Shown: piece by piece, positions 19,914 through 29,234 of the stretch | Numbering within the stretch: position 1 is the first letter of the stretch | How the letters are laid out: each line of letters starts with the position of its first letter | Position numbers and translations under genes: made by a program | The notes under the pieces: model-generated | Database searches by the model: none | Seen by the model: the letters and a program-made list of their open reading frames with translations, nothing else | Told to the model about the DNA's origin: nothing | Source of the DNA: an uncultured Parasphingopyxis sp. | GTDB lineage: Bacteria; Pseudomonadota; Alphaproteobacteria; Sphingomonadales; Sphingomonadaceae | Reading direction: 5' to 3' | Length of the DNA stretch: 64,000 bases | Assembly: GCA_947259005.1 (NCBI GenBank) | Contig: CAMYKP010000012.1 | Location: 26,384 to 90,383, forward strand

Positions 19914-20834
19914 CTAGCGCACCGCGCCGCGCATGAGCAGCCGCGGCAGGAGAAATATCGCCCCGAGCAGCGGCCATCGTCTCTGCCATGGCCTCACGGC
20001 AATTTCCGTGCCCGCATGCCGGTTGATCTTCCACGCCAGATAATCGACCCCGCCTGCATAGGTTGCGCTCGCCTTGGCGAGCCGGGCCAGGGTCAGCAAT
20101 TTTCCTTCGATCCGGCGGCGTGCCCATCTCCATCGTGCGGCCCGGGACTGCCTCCGAGAACCGAGCGCGAGCGGTGCGTCATCATTGACGGCAATATCCA
20201 CGCCCAGCGTGCTCAGCGCGGGAGCGGTGAAGCGGCGGTACCGGTCGGGATCGAAATCGACAACCGATGCCGCCCTGCCCTGCCGCTCTGCTCGCAGTTC
20301 GGCCGCATAGGTCAACGCAAAAGCCCGACGCCACAGATCCAGCGCACTCACATCGCCTTCGACCATCGGCAACGCGGCTTCCAACAGCGCGGGAGCTGCT
20401 TGGGATATTGCCGATACAGCCCGTTCGGCCGCTTCCGCGTCATGGCTCCATACGAGCCGGGAAGGCTGGGCGAAGCGCGCCCAAACCGAAACGTTGCGCG
20501 TCTCCGAAGAGGCCAAGCGTGCGAAATCGCTCTCGCTGAGCACCGCATATTTCGCCTGGAGACCATCATGATGGACGGGAAAGACATTGGGCGGGATAAG
20601 CCGGTTTGCGACTGCCAACCAGCGCTTGGCATAGGCGGCGCGATAGTCAGACACGATGACATAGAAATCGAGCATCTGCCCTTCGAGCTCCGTCGTTCGA
20701 AGACAGGAGCCGTAGAAAAGAACCGCACGTGCGGAATCGCCAAACATGCTGGCAATGTGGGAGGCAAAGGTCGTGACACGCGGGTCCACCGGAACGGCCA
20801 GCTCCTCCCGCACCAGATCCTGAAGAGAGGTCAC
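19914..20834 (-). CDS. Nucleotidyltransferase-fold protein (Tam41/CpgA-like putative lipid cytidylyltransferase)
   Basis: VLFYGSCLR...MLDFYVIV GS-D signature; coupled to the lipid kinase in the spt locus. Confidence 0.65.
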   Translation of the reverse strand: MTSLQDLVREELAVPVDPRVTTFASHIASMFGDSARAVLFYGSCLRTTELEGQMLDFYVIVSDYRAAYAKRWLAVANRLIPPNVFPVHHDGLQAKYAVLSESDFARLASSETRNVSVWARFAQPSRLVWSHDAEAAERAVSAISQAAPALLEAALPMVEGDVSALDLWRRAFALTYAAELRAERQGRAASVVDFDPDRYRRFTAPALSTLGVDIAVNDDAPLALGSRRQSRAARWRWARRRIEGKLLTLARLAKASATYAGGVDYLAWKINRHAGTEIAVRPWQRRWPLLGAIFLLPRLLMRGAVR

Positions 20835-21805
20835 GCGGCCAGGGAAAGAAACGGCACGGGCAAAGTCGGGGTCAGCACGATCGGATGCTCGGTCCGTGCC
20901 TCGAAAAGCTCTCCGTCGAGGATAACGCTCGAATGATCCCCTTCGATCCGGATTTCATTGCTGTGGCTCAGATGGACACCGGAAAGCTGGGAGCCCCCAA
21001 GCCGACCGAACAGGCTGGCCCAGAAGGCGCGCAACAGGGCGAGCGGCTTCTGCTCCACCATCATCAGTTTGAGCGGACCGGCAGTCGTTGCTCCCAAATT
21101 GGTCTGGCTGTTGAGCAACAGGCGTTCCAGAGTGGTGACCATCAGCAGGGCGAATTTTCCCTGGATCTCTCCCTGGTGGATGACCGTAACGCTGATCGGG
21201 CGCGTCTGCGGCGGCAGGAAACGCGCCTTGATCCTGAACAGGGCGGAAAAGACGACCGCTATTGCCGTGATGACATGGCTGAAACCGTTGGGCAGGCCGA
21301 GCGGGTAAATTTTATGTCGGCAATAGAGAATGGAATCGGCAAGTCCCGCACCGCCGAGGAACATCCCCAGCACGGGCCGTCCATTGGCATCGCCGCCCGT
21401 CAGCGCGATCAGTTCGCGGCTCACAATATGATCCGTAAGATCAGACCGCGCGAGCTCCATGATCCTCTTCAGCGCTTCGATGGGATCGCCTTCCGCACCC
21501 AGATCAAGGGCTATGAGGTTGGTTTTGCCATTGGGCAGAACAGCAACCGGCGGCGGCGTATCGGCGAAATGCTTGCCATGGTGCAGCTCGGTCAAGGTTG
21601 CCTGCACCGTCCCGTCGCCGCCATTGATCACCAATATCTGCGGATTGACCCGTGCGATCGTCTGCAGCGCATCGCCTATCTGGCTCACATCCTCCACCTC
21701 GTAATGGAAAATGTCCGCCCGCTGCGCGCAGAATTTGCGGATGCGCGGCAACATGGCGACATTCCCCGTTGAGCGGGGATTGGAAAGAAGGGCGACGCAC
21801 ACCAT
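20831..21805 (-). CDS. Diacylglycerol/sphingosine kinase family, probable ceramide kinase (CpgB-like)
   Basis: SNPRS, INGGDGT, LPNGKTN, LDGE motifs. Confidence 0.82.
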   Translation of the reverse strand: MVCVALLSNPRSTGNVAMLPRIRKFCAQRADIFHYEVEDVSQIGDALQTIARVNPQILVINGGDGTVQATLTELHHGKHFADTPPPVAVLPNGKTNLIALDLGAEGDPIEALKRIMELARSDLTDHIVSRELIALTGGDANGRPVLGMFLGGAGLADSILYCRHKIYPLGLPNGFSHVITAIAVVFSALFRIKARFLPPQTRPISVTVIHQGEIQGKFALLMVTTLERLLLNSQTNLGATTAGPLKLMMVEQKPLALLRAFWASLFGRLGGSQLSGVHLSHSNEIRIEGDHSSVILDGELFEARTEHPIVLTPTLPVPFLSLAA

Positions 21806-21809
21806 CGCG

Positions 21810-22322
21810 TTACCTGATCGGTTCCACGGACGTGCCCTGCATATAGTTGAGGACAATGTTGATACGCGTCACCCCATTTCCGGCGCGAAACGAAACTTCG
21901 CCGTAATCCGGTTCGAGGTTGAACGGGAAAGATATGTCCGGATTGCGCGAAAAGCCGCCGCCATCGCGGCGATCGGAACTGTTGTTTCCGTTGGAATCGT
22001 GGCGGACAGCGATACCATAGGTTCCGGGGCCAGGAAGCGGCAGGCACACAGACATGTTGCGGCCACGCGGCTGGGCGGGAACATCGACCCGGTGCAGCCA
22101 TTGACCCCGCTCCAGCCAGTTCCGCTCGCCACTATAAGACTGAACACGCACGCGCCCGTTGGAATCGCGGAAGCCCACCACATTCACCAACGCGGCTGTG
22201 CCCGTCGCACCGGCGCGGCACTGTGAAAGGTCATTGGCAACGCGCGTTCCCGCGCCGGCCGACGTCGCAATCGCCGCCATGGACAGGGCGGCAGCGACAG
22301 GAATAATCTTGCTTGCAAACAT
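21810..22322 (-). CDS. DUF2141 family exported protein
   Basis: Signal peptide; PGTYGIAVRHDSNGN...GGFSRNP motif. Confidence 0.8.
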   Translation of the reverse strand: MFASKIIPVAAALSMAAIATSAGAGTRVANDLSQCRAGATGTAALVNVVGFRDSNGRVRVQSYSGERNWLERGQWLHRVDVPAQPRGRNMSVCLPLPGPGTYGIAVRHDSNGNNSSDRRDGGGFSRNPDISFPFNLEPDYGEVSFRAGNGVTRINIVLNYMQGTSVEPIR

Positions 22323-22455
22323 CAAAAACAACTCCAAGGATATCTGCCAGGCCCATTTGCCCAGATCAGGCATGGCAAAAGTCAAACTATTCCCCTATTT
22401 CTGTTGGATATCCCCAATGCTTGCGGCCAAATTATGGTCACGGAGCGTCTGAACT

Positions 22456-23661
22456 TTGCAAATTTTCTCTTCCATCGACCGATATATGTTCCGGCTGATC
22501 GTCGTGCCGCTCGTTGCGACGCTGATTGTCGCGGCAATGTTGCTTGTCCTCGACAAGATGCTGCGCCTGTTTGATTTCGTCGCGCGCGAAGGCGGGCCGG
22601 TGAATGTCGTGTGGCAGATGCTGGCCAATCTTGTGCCCGAATATCTGTCGCTCGCAATCCCGGTAGGGCTGATGCTCGGCATCCTTTTTGCATTTCGCAA
22701 GCTTGCCCTGTCGTCGGAACTGGACGTTTTCCGCGCCTGCGGAATTGGCTATCGCAGGCTGCTTTTCGTCCCCTATCTGTTCACGGTCGGGTTTGTGATC
22801 CTGAACCTCCTGATCGTCAGCTATTTCCAGCCGATTGCCCGCTATTCATACGAGAACCTGCAATTCGAGCTGCGCTCGGGCGCGCTGGGTGCATCGATCA
22901 ATGTCGGCGAATTCAACAATCTCGGCAGCAATATGACGCTCAGGGTCGAGGAAAGCACGAATAACGGGCGCGACCTGTCGGGCATCTTCGTGCGCACCGT
23001 TTCCCCGGGAGGGCGCGAACTGTCGGTGTCGGCCGACCAGGGCACCTTCATGGCGACCGATGAGGAAGATACCATTCTTCTGCGCCTCACCAATGGGCGG
23101 TTGATCCACAACCAGGCCGATTTCGAGAGCCCGCGCGTCCTGAGCTTCGAAAGCCATGACTTGCCCATCGACTTGCCACGGATCGAGCAATTCCGGGGCC
23201 GGGGCGGCGAGCATCGCGAACTGACATTGTTGGAACTTGTTCAAGTGGGAAGCGACGCGACGGCATCCGAAGAATTGCGCCTCGCCAGCCGGGCGAATTT
23301 TCATTACCGGATGGCGGAAGTTCTGATGATGTTTCTATTGCCGCTCCTTGCGGTCGCGCTCGCCGTTCCACCCAAACGATCGACATCGGCGCTGGGCGTG
23401 TTTCTCTCGGTCGTGATGATCACGACCTTTCACAAGATTTGCCAATATGGCGAGGATGTCGCCGCGCTGGGGCGTGTCGATCCCTTGATATCGCTGTGGC
23501 TACCTTTCGTGCTGTTCGCAGCGCTGATCGTCTGGATGTATTATCATATCGCCTATGTGCCGGGCGGCCAGCCGATCGGGGCGCTCGAGAAGGGCTTTTC
23601 CAAACTGGCAACGCTTGTCCGTCGGCTGTTCCTGCGCCGGCGACGGCCGATCGGGAACTGA
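22456..23661 (+). CDS. lptF: LptF-family ABC permease
   Basis: IDRYMF, SSELDVFRACGIG, periplasmic beta-jellyroll region, 3+3 TM pattern; TTG start. Confidence 0.85.
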   Translation: MQIFSSIDRYMFRLIVVPLVATLIVAAMLLVLDKMLRLFDFVAREGGPVNVVWQMLANLVPEYLSLAIPVGLMLGILFAFRKLALSSELDVFRACGIGYRRLLFVPYLFTVGFVILNLLIVSYFQPIARYSYENLQFELRSGALGASINVGEFNNLGSNMTLRVEESTNNGRDLSGIFVRTVSPGGRELSVSADQGTFMATDEEDTILLRLTNGRLIHNQADFESPRVLSFESHDLPIDLPRIEQFRGRGGEHRELTLLELVQVGSDATASEELRLASRANFHYRMAEVLMMFLLPLLAVALAVPPKRSTSALGVFLSVVMITTFHKICQYGEDVAALGRVDPLISLWLPFVLFAALIVWMYYHIAYVPGGQPIGALEKGFSKLATLVRRLFLRRRRPIGN

Positions 23662-23664
23662 TCC

Positions 23665-24768
23665 ATGGAAACGCCGCAGCTCCAGTTTTTCCCGTCGCGA
23701 ACGATCTCGCTTTACATGGCGAAGATGTTCCTGACCCGCACATTTGCGGTTCTGGGCGGTCTTGTCGTCATCCTGATGACGCTGGATCTGCTCGGTGAGT
23801 CGGGCAAAATTCTCGCGCCTGAGGGCAATGGCGAGGCGCAGCTCTGGTTTTATGTCTCGCTGCGCGTGCCCCAGCTTATCGAACGGTTCCTGCCCTTTTC
23901 GGCGCTGTTGGGTACATTGATCGCCCTCGGGTCGATGAACGCCAATAGCGAGATTATCTCGATGAAGGCTGCCGGGGCATCCGCCCATCAGATTCTCGCA
24001 CCGCTGATCCTCACCAGTTTCATTGTCGGTGTCGGCCTGTTCATCTTCAACGAACGCGCCGTTGCGCCGGCCTATGGCACGTTGACCGCTTGGGAAGCGG
24101 TCGATTACGGGCCGATTCCCGAAAATCGAGCGGGCGCAACCAATGTCTGGGTGAGAGACGGAAACGACCTCATCAATGCCCGCAGCGTTACCGGGCGGGG
24201 CGATGCAACCCGGCTCGAGGGCGTGACCGTTTATGACCGGACAGGCGGCGTTATCGAATTCATCGTCAGCGCTGACCGTGCCACCTATACCGGCTCCGGC
24301 TGGCGGCTCGAAAACCCTCACCAGTTCGACGTATCTTCTGTTGAGCAAACCGCGCCGGAATCGATCATAATTGCCGAAGGCGTGACACCGGATCAGTTTA
24401 CCCTCGCCAATGTCGAAGCACGGGCGTTGAATTTCTTCGAACTGCGCCGGGCAATTGCGGACCTTGAAGCCGCCGGGCGCTCGACTAGCTCGCTCGAGGC
24501 AGGGCTCTGGCACAAGATATCGGGGCCGCTCTCCACGCTGTTGATGCCTTTGCTGGGCGCGGTCGCCGGTTTCGGCCTCGCCCGGTCGGGACAACTTTTC
24601 ATTCGAGCCATTATCGGCATGGCGCTGGGCTTCACTTATTTCGTTGCCGACAATTTTGCCCTCGCAATGGGGAATATCGGGGCATATCCGCCATTGCTTG
24701 CAGCATGGGCGCCCTTTGTCCTGTTTTTGCTGATCGGCGAAGCCGTGCTGATACGAACCGAGGAATGA
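23665..24768 (+). CDS. lptG: LptG-family ABC permease
   Basis: NSEIISMKAAGAS, WHKISGPL, PPLLAAWAP. Confidence 0.85.
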   Translation: METPQLQFFPSRTISLYMAKMFLTRTFAVLGGLVVILMTLDLLGESGKILAPEGNGEAQLWFYVSLRVPQLIERFLPFSALLGTLIALGSMNANSEIISMKAAGASAHQILAPLILTSFIVGVGLFIFNERAVAPAYGTLTAWEAVDYGPIPENRAGATNVWVRDGNDLINARSVTGRGDATRLEGVTVYDRTGGVIEFIVSADRATYTGSGWRLENPHQFDVSSVEQTAPESIIIAEGVTPDQFTLANVEARALNFFELRRAIADLEAAGRSTSSLEAGLWHKISGPLSTLLMPLLGAVAGFGLARSGQLFIRAIIGMALGFTYFVADNFALAMGNIGAYPPLLAAWAPFVLFLLIGEAVLIRTEE

Positions 24769-24817
24769 AGCGATAACGCGGGGCCAGACCAACGGGGCAA
24801 CGGTTGAACGCGGAGAC

Positions 24818-26299
24818 GTGGCCAAAGGCGCTGCAATGGCGGCCATGGCCCGGCTGGGCGCGCTGATCGAGGTGATCGCCCAACCCGTCTATACATGGCT
24901 GTTCGGCATCGCGACCTATGGCCTCTACATCGTCTTCTGGTCGGCGGTGAACATGGCCGAGAAGATTGTCGACCTGTCGCTGACCCAGGCCCTGCAGCGC
25001 ATCGTTCCCGTTGAAAGCGAAGAGGTCGCCCATGGTGCCGTAAAATTCGCGCTGCTGGTAACGACGATTCCCGCGCTGCTGATCGCCGCGCTGGTCGCCT
25101 TCTTCTCACCGCAGATCGCCGGATATGTCTCCGCCGCACCCGAAGATGCCGAGCGGCTACCGCAGATGATAGCGCTTTTCGCATGGGCGCTTCCCCTGTG
25201 GACCTTTGTCGAAGTGGCGACATCGGCCGCGCGCGCGCGCCGCGCCTTCGGCCCGGAAATCCGGTTACGGATATTCTGGGAACAATGCGCACGGCTTGTT
25301 TTCGCCATCGGTTTTTTCTTTGCCGGCTGGGCCGGCACCGGTCTGCTGCTCGCCCATCTGCTGTCCCTGTTTCTCGTCGCGATCCTCTCCATGCGATTGC
25401 TCGGGCGCTATTATGATCTTCGCCTGATGATGCGCGTGCCCGTACCGCCAGCATTGCGCCTCAATATCCTGCTTTCCGGTGCCGCCCTGTCGCCCAGTTC
25501 CATTGCGCGCCGCATTTTGAACGATCTTCCGCCGATCATTCTCAACCTGCTGCTCCCCGGCGCGCAGGGCGCGACTGCAGCCGGACTTTTCGGCATTGCG
25601 CGCAAGGTCGCATCGGTCCCGCTGATCGTTCGCCAGGCCTTCCTCTATGTGCTTGCGCCGCTGAGTTCGGCACAGGCAGCGCTGGACCGTGCCAAGATCG
25701 CCCCGCTCTACGCCTTTTCCTCCCGCCTCTCGGTAGCCCTCGTTCTGCCGATAGGAGGGCTTCTGATCCTGCTGGGCTCCGACATATTGAGTCTTTTCGG
25801 CCCCGGCGCCGAAGCGGCAATGGCGGCGCTCGTCATATTGACGCTCGGTCGAATGGGCGAAGCCATTATCGGACCGGCAACGCCGATAGTCGAGATGACC
25901 GGCCACCGCATCCTGCCGCTCGTCAACAGCCTGATCGGGGTTTGTGTCTGGGTGATTATCAGCTGGATATTGGTAACCGAACACGGCCCGGAAGGCATGG
26001 CCATCGCGGTCAGTATCGGCGCTGTGGCGATAGCGCTGGCCGCCGTGATCGAACTTCAATGGAGCGACGGGCTCCATCCGTTCGACCTTCCCTTCCTGCG
26101 CGGCCTGATCGCGGGCAGCCTGGGTGTCGCTTTGCTGGCTCTGCTTGGCCTCCTGCTGGAGCCGCTCGGAGCGCCAGTCCGCGCCATTGCGCTTTTTCTT
26201 GCGATCGCACCGCTATGCTGGATGACATTGCGGCTTGGGCTCGATCATGGAGACCGTGAAGCGCTCGGCGCGTTTGCGCGCCGTACACGCCTCATTTAG
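24818..26299 (+). CDS. MOP-superfamily (Wzx/MurJ-like) flippase
   Basis: ~12-14 hydrophobic segments, YGLY, AGLFGIA, G.EGMAIA; follows lptG; start uncertain. Confidence 0.75.
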   Translation: MAKGAAMAAMARLGALIEVIAQPVYTWLFGIATYGLYIVFWSAVNMAEKIVDLSLTQALQRIVPVESEEVAHGAVKFALLVTTIPALLIAALVAFFSPQIAGYVSAAPEDAERLPQMIALFAWALPLWTFVEVATSAARARRAFGPEIRLRIFWEQCARLVFAIGFFFAGWAGTGLLLAHLLSLFLVAILSMRLLGRYYDLRLMMRVPVPPALRLNILLSGAALSPSSIARRILNDLPPIILNLLLPGAQGATAAGLFGIARKVASVPLIVRQAFLYVLAPLSSAQAALDRAKIAPLYAFSSRLSVALVLPIGGLLILLGSDILSLFGPGAEAAMAALVILTLGRMGEAIIGPATPIVEMTGHRILPLVNSLIGVCVWVIISWILVTEHGPEGMAIAVSIGAVAIALAAVIELQWSDGLHPFDLPFLRGLIAGSLGVALLALLGLLLEPLGAPVRAIALFLAIAPLCWMTLRLGLDHGDREALGAFARRTRLI

Positions 26300-26444
26300 C
26301 CCGCACCGGGTCTGGGTTTCCGGCAACAGAAGCGCTCGATTTTCGTCGCAAAGCTGCCTCATTGCCTGTTCATACGCGACTCAATAGAGCATTGCGCGAT
26401 ATCGTTAGGAATCCGCAAAGACCAATGATCAAAGGAAGTTAGAC

Positions 26445-27212
26445 GTGAGAGCCTTAGCAACGTCGCGCCCAGGAATCTGGAAGCGGTCACATTATCTGGA
26501 CAAGATGACGCTAAAAGAACTTGTTGTCGCTTATTTTCAGTATCCGGCGATTATCGCCTATCTGGTTTTGTCGGTTGTGTCTTTTGGCATTTATGCGTGG
26601 CAGCCCGTCCCTCTCGTGCAGACGGTGGCGAGCATCGTCTCCGCTATCATCCTGTACCCGCTGGCCTGGTATATTATTCACCGCTGGGTGCTGCACGGCC
26701 GCTGGATGTACAAAGTGAAATCCTTTGCGTCGGTCTGGAAGCGCATCCATTATGATCACCATCAGGATCCGAACCATCTCGAAGTGCTGTTCGGCGCGCT
26801 CTACACGACGCTTCCGACCATCGTCTTTTTCCTCACACCAGTCGGCTACCTGATTGGCGGCATTGGGGGCGCAGCAGCGGCCGTCGGCACCGGCATGCTG
26901 GTCACCTGCTTCTATGAGTTCTGCCACTGCATCCAGCATCTGAAATACAAGCCGCGCAATCCGTGGCTTGCGAAGATGAAGGCGCGCCACATGGCCCATC
27001 ATTTCCATGATGAGAGCGGCAATTTCGGGATCACCAGCTTCCTCTGGGACAAAGCGTTTGGCACATTCTACGAGCGCCCGGACCGGAAGGACAAAAGCCC
27101 TACGGTGTTCAACCTTGGTTACACGCCCGAGGAAGCCAAGCGCTATCCATGGGTCGGTGAACTCTCGGGCGGCGTGGCAACCGGACATCCGAGCCAGCGT
27201 ACTCCGGGCTAG
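26445..27212 (+). CDS. Fatty acid hydroxylase/sterol desaturase family di-iron enzyme
   Basis: His boxes HRWVLH, HYDHH, HCIQH, HMAHH; NFGITS..WD..FGT. Confidence 0.88.
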   Translation: MRALATSRPGIWKRSHYLDKMTLKELVVAYFQYPAIIAYLVLSVVSFGIYAWQPVPLVQTVASIVSAIILYPLAWYIIHRWVLHGRWMYKVKSFASVWKRIHYDHHQDPNHLEVLFGALYTTLPTIVFFLTPVGYLIGGIGGAAAAVGTGMLVTCFYEFCHCIQHLKYKPRNPWLAKMKARHMAHHFHDESGNFGITSFLWDKAFGTFYERPDRKDKSPTVFNLGYTPEEAKRYPWVGELSGGVATGHPSQRTPG

Positions 27213-27226
27213 TCAGCTACCGCCAC

Positions 27227-28381
27227 ATGACCATGGAAATTGCAGTTCGTCCGGTTACCGGAAAGGCTGAACTCAAGGCTTTTGTCGAGCTAGCCTATAG
27301 GCTGAATGCTGACGTTCCCCATTGGGTACCGCCGCTGCGCAGCGACGTTACCGAGCTACTCACTCCGGGCAAGAACCCGTTTTTCGAGCATGCCACGGTA
27401 CAGCTATTTGTCGCATGGCGCGGGGAGCAACCGGTCGGCAGGATTTCCGCCCATATCGACCATCTCGCCCTCGAACAGCCTGTCGAGCAGGGCATGGGCC
27501 CCGGCACCGGCAATTGGGGTATGTTCGAAGCGGCAGACGCCGAGGTGGCAGCAGCCTTGCTGGCGAAAGCCGAACAGTGGCTCCGCGATCAGGGCATGAG
27601 CCGCGCCCTGGGGCCGCTCAGCCTGTCGATCTGGGATGAGCCCGGCCTTCTCACCCATGGCCATGATCACAGCCCGATGATCATGATGGGACATCACAAT
27701 CCGGTCTATCAGGAATGGATCGAGGCACTGGGCCATAAGGAAGCGAAGAAGCTCAATACCTTCATCGTTCCTGTGAAGGACGGTTTTCCCCCGATTATCA
27801 ACCGGATAGTGAAATCCGGCATGAAGAATGACCGGATCGTCGTCCGGCCGATCGACATGAGCCGATATGAAGAAGAAGCGGCAACGATCTTGTCCCTCCT
27901 CAATGAAGCGTGGAGCGCGAATTGGGGCTTTGTTCCGCTGACCGACAGCGAAGTGCAATATGTCAAGAAGAAGCTGAAGCCTGTGATTATTCCACAGGTT
28001 AATCTGATAGCCGAATATGACGGCGAACCCGCAGCGTTCATGCTCGCCCTTCCCGACATCAATGAAGTGCTCAAAACCAGCGGCGGCTCATTGCTGCCGT
28101 TCAATTGGGCCCGACTTCTCTATGGCATATGGAAAAAGCGCTGGAAGGGATATCGCGTACCCCTAATGGGCGTTTCCCAAAAGCATCAGAACAGCCGCCT
28201 TGCAAGCCAGCTTGCCTTCATGATGATCGAAACGATCCGCGAACATGGCGTCAACAATTATGGTGCCGACCGGGCCGAGGTTGGCTGGATCCTCGAAGAC
28301 AATCGGGGCATGAACGCCATCGCCGATGCGATAAACGGCGAGATCAACCGGACCTATTCGATCTACGAAAAGCCCCTTTAG
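27227..28381 (+). CDS. GNAT-fold acyltransferase, probable bacterial ceramide synthase (bCerS-like)
   Basis: WVPPL..D, NPFF, VGRISA, N.AW..NWGFVPL, ALPDIN, GWILEDN..M; located in the spt locus. Confidence 0.8.
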   Translation: MTMEIAVRPVTGKAELKAFVELAYRLNADVPHWVPPLRSDVTELLTPGKNPFFEHATVQLFVAWRGEQPVGRISAHIDHLALEQPVEQGMGPGTGNWGMFEAADAEVAAALLAKAEQWLRDQGMSRALGPLSLSIWDEPGLLTHGHDHSPMIMMGHHNPVYQEWIEALGHKEAKKLNTFIVPVKDGFPPIINRIVKSGMKNDRIVVRPIDMSRYEEEAATILSLLNEAWSANWGFVPLTDSEVQYVKKKLKPVIIPQVNLIAEYDGEPAAFMLALPDINEVLKTSGGSLLPFNWARLLYGIWKKRWKGYRVPLMGVSQKHQNSRLASQLAFMMIETIREHGVNNYGADRAEVGWILEDNRGMNAIADAINGEINRTYSIYEKPL

Positions 28382-28408
28382 GACTATCTCCGCGGACCAA
28401 TCGGCCGC

Positions 28409-29182
28409 CTAATTGGTGAGCTTGACCCACACAGGCGTATGGTCGGATGCCTTTTCCCGGCCGCGATATTCCTTGTCGACGCCTGCATCGACAAGGCGAT
28501 CGGCGGCAACCGGACTCAGCATAAGATGGTCGATCCTCAGCCCGGCGTCACGCTGCCAGGCACCGGCCTGATAGTCCCAATAGGTCCAAATCTTGCCCGA
28601 TGGAAAACGCGCCCGGATGGCATCGGTCCAGCCCATCGCCGCCAATCGCTGGAAAGCGGCGCGGCTTTCCGGCTGGGTCAGCGCATCGTCCGCCATCGCA
28701 GCGGGGGAATGCACGTCGTTATCCGTGGGTATAACATTGTAATCGCCGGCGAGGATCACCGGCCTTTCCAGCGCAAACAGCTCTTCGGCGCGCGCGAGCA
28801 GGCGCTCCATCCAGGCCAGCTTGTAATCGAATTTGGGCCCGGGTTGCGGATTGCCGTTGGGCAGGTAGATGGACGCAACGATCACATCGCCGATCTCCGC
28901 CTCGATATAGCGGCTCTGTATGTCTTCCGGGTCTCCGGGCAGGCCCCGCTGATATTCCCGAGGCTCACCGCCGGGCGTCAGTATGGCAACGCCATTAAAT
29001 CCCTTCTGACCCAGCCAGACCCCGCCATACCCGGCCTCCTCGATCGCCTTTACGGGAAGCCGCTCGCCGTCACCCTTCAGCTCCTGAAGGCAGACCACAT
29101 CGGGTTTCTGTTCGTCCAGCCATTCGAGAAGCCGGGGCAGACGGGCATTGATGCCGTTCACATTGTAGGTCGCGATTTTCAT
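28409..29182 (-). CDS. xth: Exodeoxyribonuclease III
   Basis: MKIATYNVNG, CLQELK, YLPNGN, GDYN, RIDH, SDHTP. Confidence 0.95.
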   Translation of the reverse strand: MKIATYNVNGINARLPRLLEWLDEQKPDVVCLQELKGDGERLPVKAIEEAGYGGVWLGQKGFNGVAILTPGGEPREYQRGLPGDPEDIQSRYIEAEIGDVIVASIYLPNGNPQPGPKFDYKLAWMERLLARAEELFALERPVILAGDYNVIPTDNDVHSPAAMADDALTQPESRAAFQRLAAMGWTDAIRARFPSGKIWTYWDYQAGAWQRDAGLRIDHLMLSPVAADRLVDAGVDKEYRGREKASDHTPVWVKLTN

Positions 29183-29234
29183 GGCGAGCACTTATGCATT
29201 GTCGAGACGCGAACAGCCAGTGGGAAGGCGGAAA

